A stretch of DNA of 53,744 nt, filler included, from Sluysia triapertura (taxonomy: Eukaryota): NCBI GenBank assembly GCA_046118255.1. It is 4 parts of 4 records of this genome, joined end to end, with 100 filler letters (N's around TTAATTAATTAA, not from the genome) between each part and the next. Parts side by side here need not be neighbours in the genome. Positions count along the whole stretch, not along the records: positions 40,531 to 53,744 come from JBJNIA010052665.1; 3 more parts are not named here. The stretch is one strand, 5' to 3'. Each line of letters begins with the position of its first letter. Position 1 is the first letter of the stretch. The translations under genes were made by a program, and so were the position numbers. Under the pieces are notes generated by a model. It made no database searches, was not told the origin of the DNA, and saw only the letters and a program-made list of their open reading frames with translations. Shown here piece after piece: positions 50,871-53,744 of the stretch.

Positions 50871-53500
50871 AAAAATGATATAAAAGTTACGTGTAGTTTA
50901 TAGTTTATATATAATTTAATTACACTCTCCGACAAATTAAGCGCTAAACATTCTTTAAAATTTTATTTATGGAGTAGGATTATCCATGAGATTTTACACA
51001 AATTTAACATCCTTTTATAAATCCATTAACTTTTAGATAAATTTTAGAATATAAAATAAAATTATTTTCATTTATTATTAAAAATGCATTAAATAAATTA
51101 TGTTTTAGACGTAACCGTAAAGTAAATGGATTCATTAATTTTTTGCATAAAGTTAAGTAAAATGCATTAATATTTACAATTAAATACACTAACTCTTATT
51201 TAATAATGATCATCACAATTTGAATTTTATAAATCTAAATTCTGACAGAAAAATAGAAAAGATTACAAAACCAAAGAAAACACAAAATTCTGCATAGATA
51301 GAAGAAAGAATGAAAATAAAATTAAAAAAATGTAAAATGCCAGTCTATAGAAAATGGAATTATGATTACAAAACTCACAAATAATAATTATATTCATAAT
51401 AATATTAATGTATATCATCAAATAAAACCATATCAAAATAACTCTAAAAATTAAAAATGGAAGTACAATTAAAAAACAGTGTTGGGACTAGTGAAGGATA
51501 AGGGGAACGTAAGGGTCATGATTCAGGATAACAAAATAAAATAAACATCATTGAAGAATTAAGATAATGATGAAATATTACGAATTATGTCGACATAGAT
51601 AACATAAAAAATAGTTATTTTTTATAATTTAAGTATACGTTTCAGTAAAGTATCAGTAAAGTATATATTAAATTAATGCTCATGAATATACCAATTTAAA
51701 TATGTTATTGAACTTGACGTGCAACGTACGGTATTATGATAATATAGATTACTGCAGAAAAATAAATTTATTATTCCATTAATTTCATCCTTAATTTAAG
51801 TTAATAAACTGCGTTATTGATAGAATAGCTATTAAATGATATTACATTTTAATGTAATAGTGCTTTAAAGGGATTGTTTACCACAAATCCAATTATCTTT
51901 AGATAATTAAAAAGATAATGAAATTGGACACAAGTAGAAATTATAGTCGAAATTTAATAAGTAAAATTGGTCGGACTATCACTGACTAAAAAGAATAGCA
52001 GTTTAAATTTCCATCTTGTTCAATTTCCAATTTTCAATTCCCCAAATGATCGTAAAACTTTTATATAAGCAGTCATATTTTTGCAGAAAATCAGAAACAG
52101 AATAACAAAACAAGAATAGGGAAAGACAATAACGAAATTGCAAACTTTTTAGCTTTAGGGACGCTGCTTCAATCCATCCATGGAAAACGACGAAAATGAG
52201 TTATAAGAAAAAGGGCTAGTAACTTGTTTTTTATTCATTATATTTTTGTTTGAGTTGTGAATTTATGGTAGTAATTTGTTAATATTAAAAGATTTATAAT
52301 TTTAAAAGGTTTATAATCAAAGACAATTCATTAATAAAGAATAATTTTTATTATTATGAAGAATTTTGTTGTATAATTGTGATTTATTAAAAAATATATC
52401 GAGACTCTGAATTTATTTAGTTATGTGGTTTTAATTTGATAATTTAAAATTAAAAGTATTAAAAACACAACAATAGCAATAATAATGATAATGACAATAA
52501 TAATAAGCCAAACATAACAAAATTCCAAATAAAATCGTACCTAAACCACTGAAAAATGCGCAACTAAAAAATCTAACATAAGTCTGAAAAATTATTCAAG
52601 TAACGTTTCTAATAAAAATTGATAAATCACACTATATACAAATGAAGCATCAAAGACTAATAAATTTAAAAATACAATTAAAAATTAAAATAGAAAAACC
52701 AATGCAAATAATTTTTACATGATATTAATAACATGATGAACAAATAATAAAAATATTCACGAAAATTTTCCACTAAAATTGTGAATTTAAATAATTAGAA
52801 TTTCGTCTAAAATAATTAGAGGATAAATAAAATTTTTAACTACGAAAAGAAATGATTTTTTAATGTAAAAAACTCAGCTATAAGTATTAGTGTCGCACAA
52901 ACCCAAAACTATGATCTATTAAAAACAATTTCCCCTAATAGAAAAAGAAAATCACGGTATAGATAAATACTTCACCAACCAATTCCATAATAACATTAAA
53001 CCTCAAACTTCCAGAAATTAATCATTCTACTGTAACTCAAATAATGGAAACCCAAAACAACGAAACTACTTCAGCCAACTCTGACATGAAAAAAATAAAA
53101 ATAGGAGATATCCTACACAAATTCTAAGAACACAGCAGAAAAAAACTGTCCAGTGTAACTACAAATAACGAAACTAATCTGTCAAAAACAAACAACTAAT
53201 CTCCATATATTTATTCGTCTTAGAAGAAACACTGTCTTAAATGAAAAGATGGAGTCTGAACACACATCCTTTAATAAGGAAGTACTTATGGGTAAATAGA
53301 TTCGAGAAACTTGACCACAAGATCAAAACATATTTAATGATTGCACAATGTTAGACGAAGTGGTATGGAGGATAATATTATTAAGTACAAAGACGATCAC
53401 ATAAATTTCACAGTAAAAGCTTCGAAATCACTAAAATACAATATAAATACAACATAAAAGATAAAAGATATGTTAAGTGGTTTTTACAGGTATAATAAAG

Positions 53501-53501
<1 letters not shown>

Positions 53502-53550
<49 letters not shown>
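53502..53550. repeat. (ATT)n microsatellite
   Basis: Direct reading. Confidence 0.95.
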
Positions 53551-53551
<1 letters not shown>

Positions 53552-53678
53552 TACATTTGTAATACTATTATTGTAATTGTTAATTATTTAAAATTAAGAT
53601 TTAATGGAAAGATAAAATGTTTATGCCTGAGAATGAATTGTAAAATAAGATTGTATAATGTTATTAATAATTTTAATT

Positions 53679-53744
<66 letters not shown>
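53679..53744. repeat. (AAT)n microsatellite at window end
   Basis: Direct reading. Confidence 0.95.

Noticed and set aside
52800-53470. A/C-rich stretch resembling a decayed non-LTR ORF1 (similar strand bias at 12950-13300, 23280-23700 and 30150-30480)
   Set aside because: No diagnostic motif could be read; compositional impression only.

Overview
Very AT-rich eukaryotic genomic scaffold, probably from an invertebrate animal (inferred from the transposon types and splice-like signals). It consists of four contigs joined by artificial 100-nt spacers (N44-TTAATTAATTAA-N44). Contig 2 (14340-28023) is one apparently perfect, spacer-less 13.7-kb palindrome centred on an (AT)n tract at 21181/21182. 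Only two host-like exons are visible: an ankyrin-repeat exon (6579-7042) and a probable terminal exon present in both palindrome arms. Most of the rest is decayed mobile DNA: Tigger/pogo, Tc1/mariner and piggyBac transposase pseudogenes, Penelope-like and Gag-like remnants, several MITEs, AAT microsatellites and several disrupted intronless ORFs of unknown origin. The most interesting signal is a family of dispersed non-coding elements, with at least 6 core copies in both orientations and 3 copies of about 1.1-1.3 kb. They share a GTGAG(T)-led nested hairpin with compensatory changes, arrays of 'GATTTTAC + variable hairpin' modules and a conserved 12-13 bp long-range helix (TAAACTAACGTA/TACGTTAGTTTA). 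One copy lies downstream of an HSE/CCAAT/TATA promoter-like block. All alignments and translations outside the ORF track were done by eye; no database searches were run.
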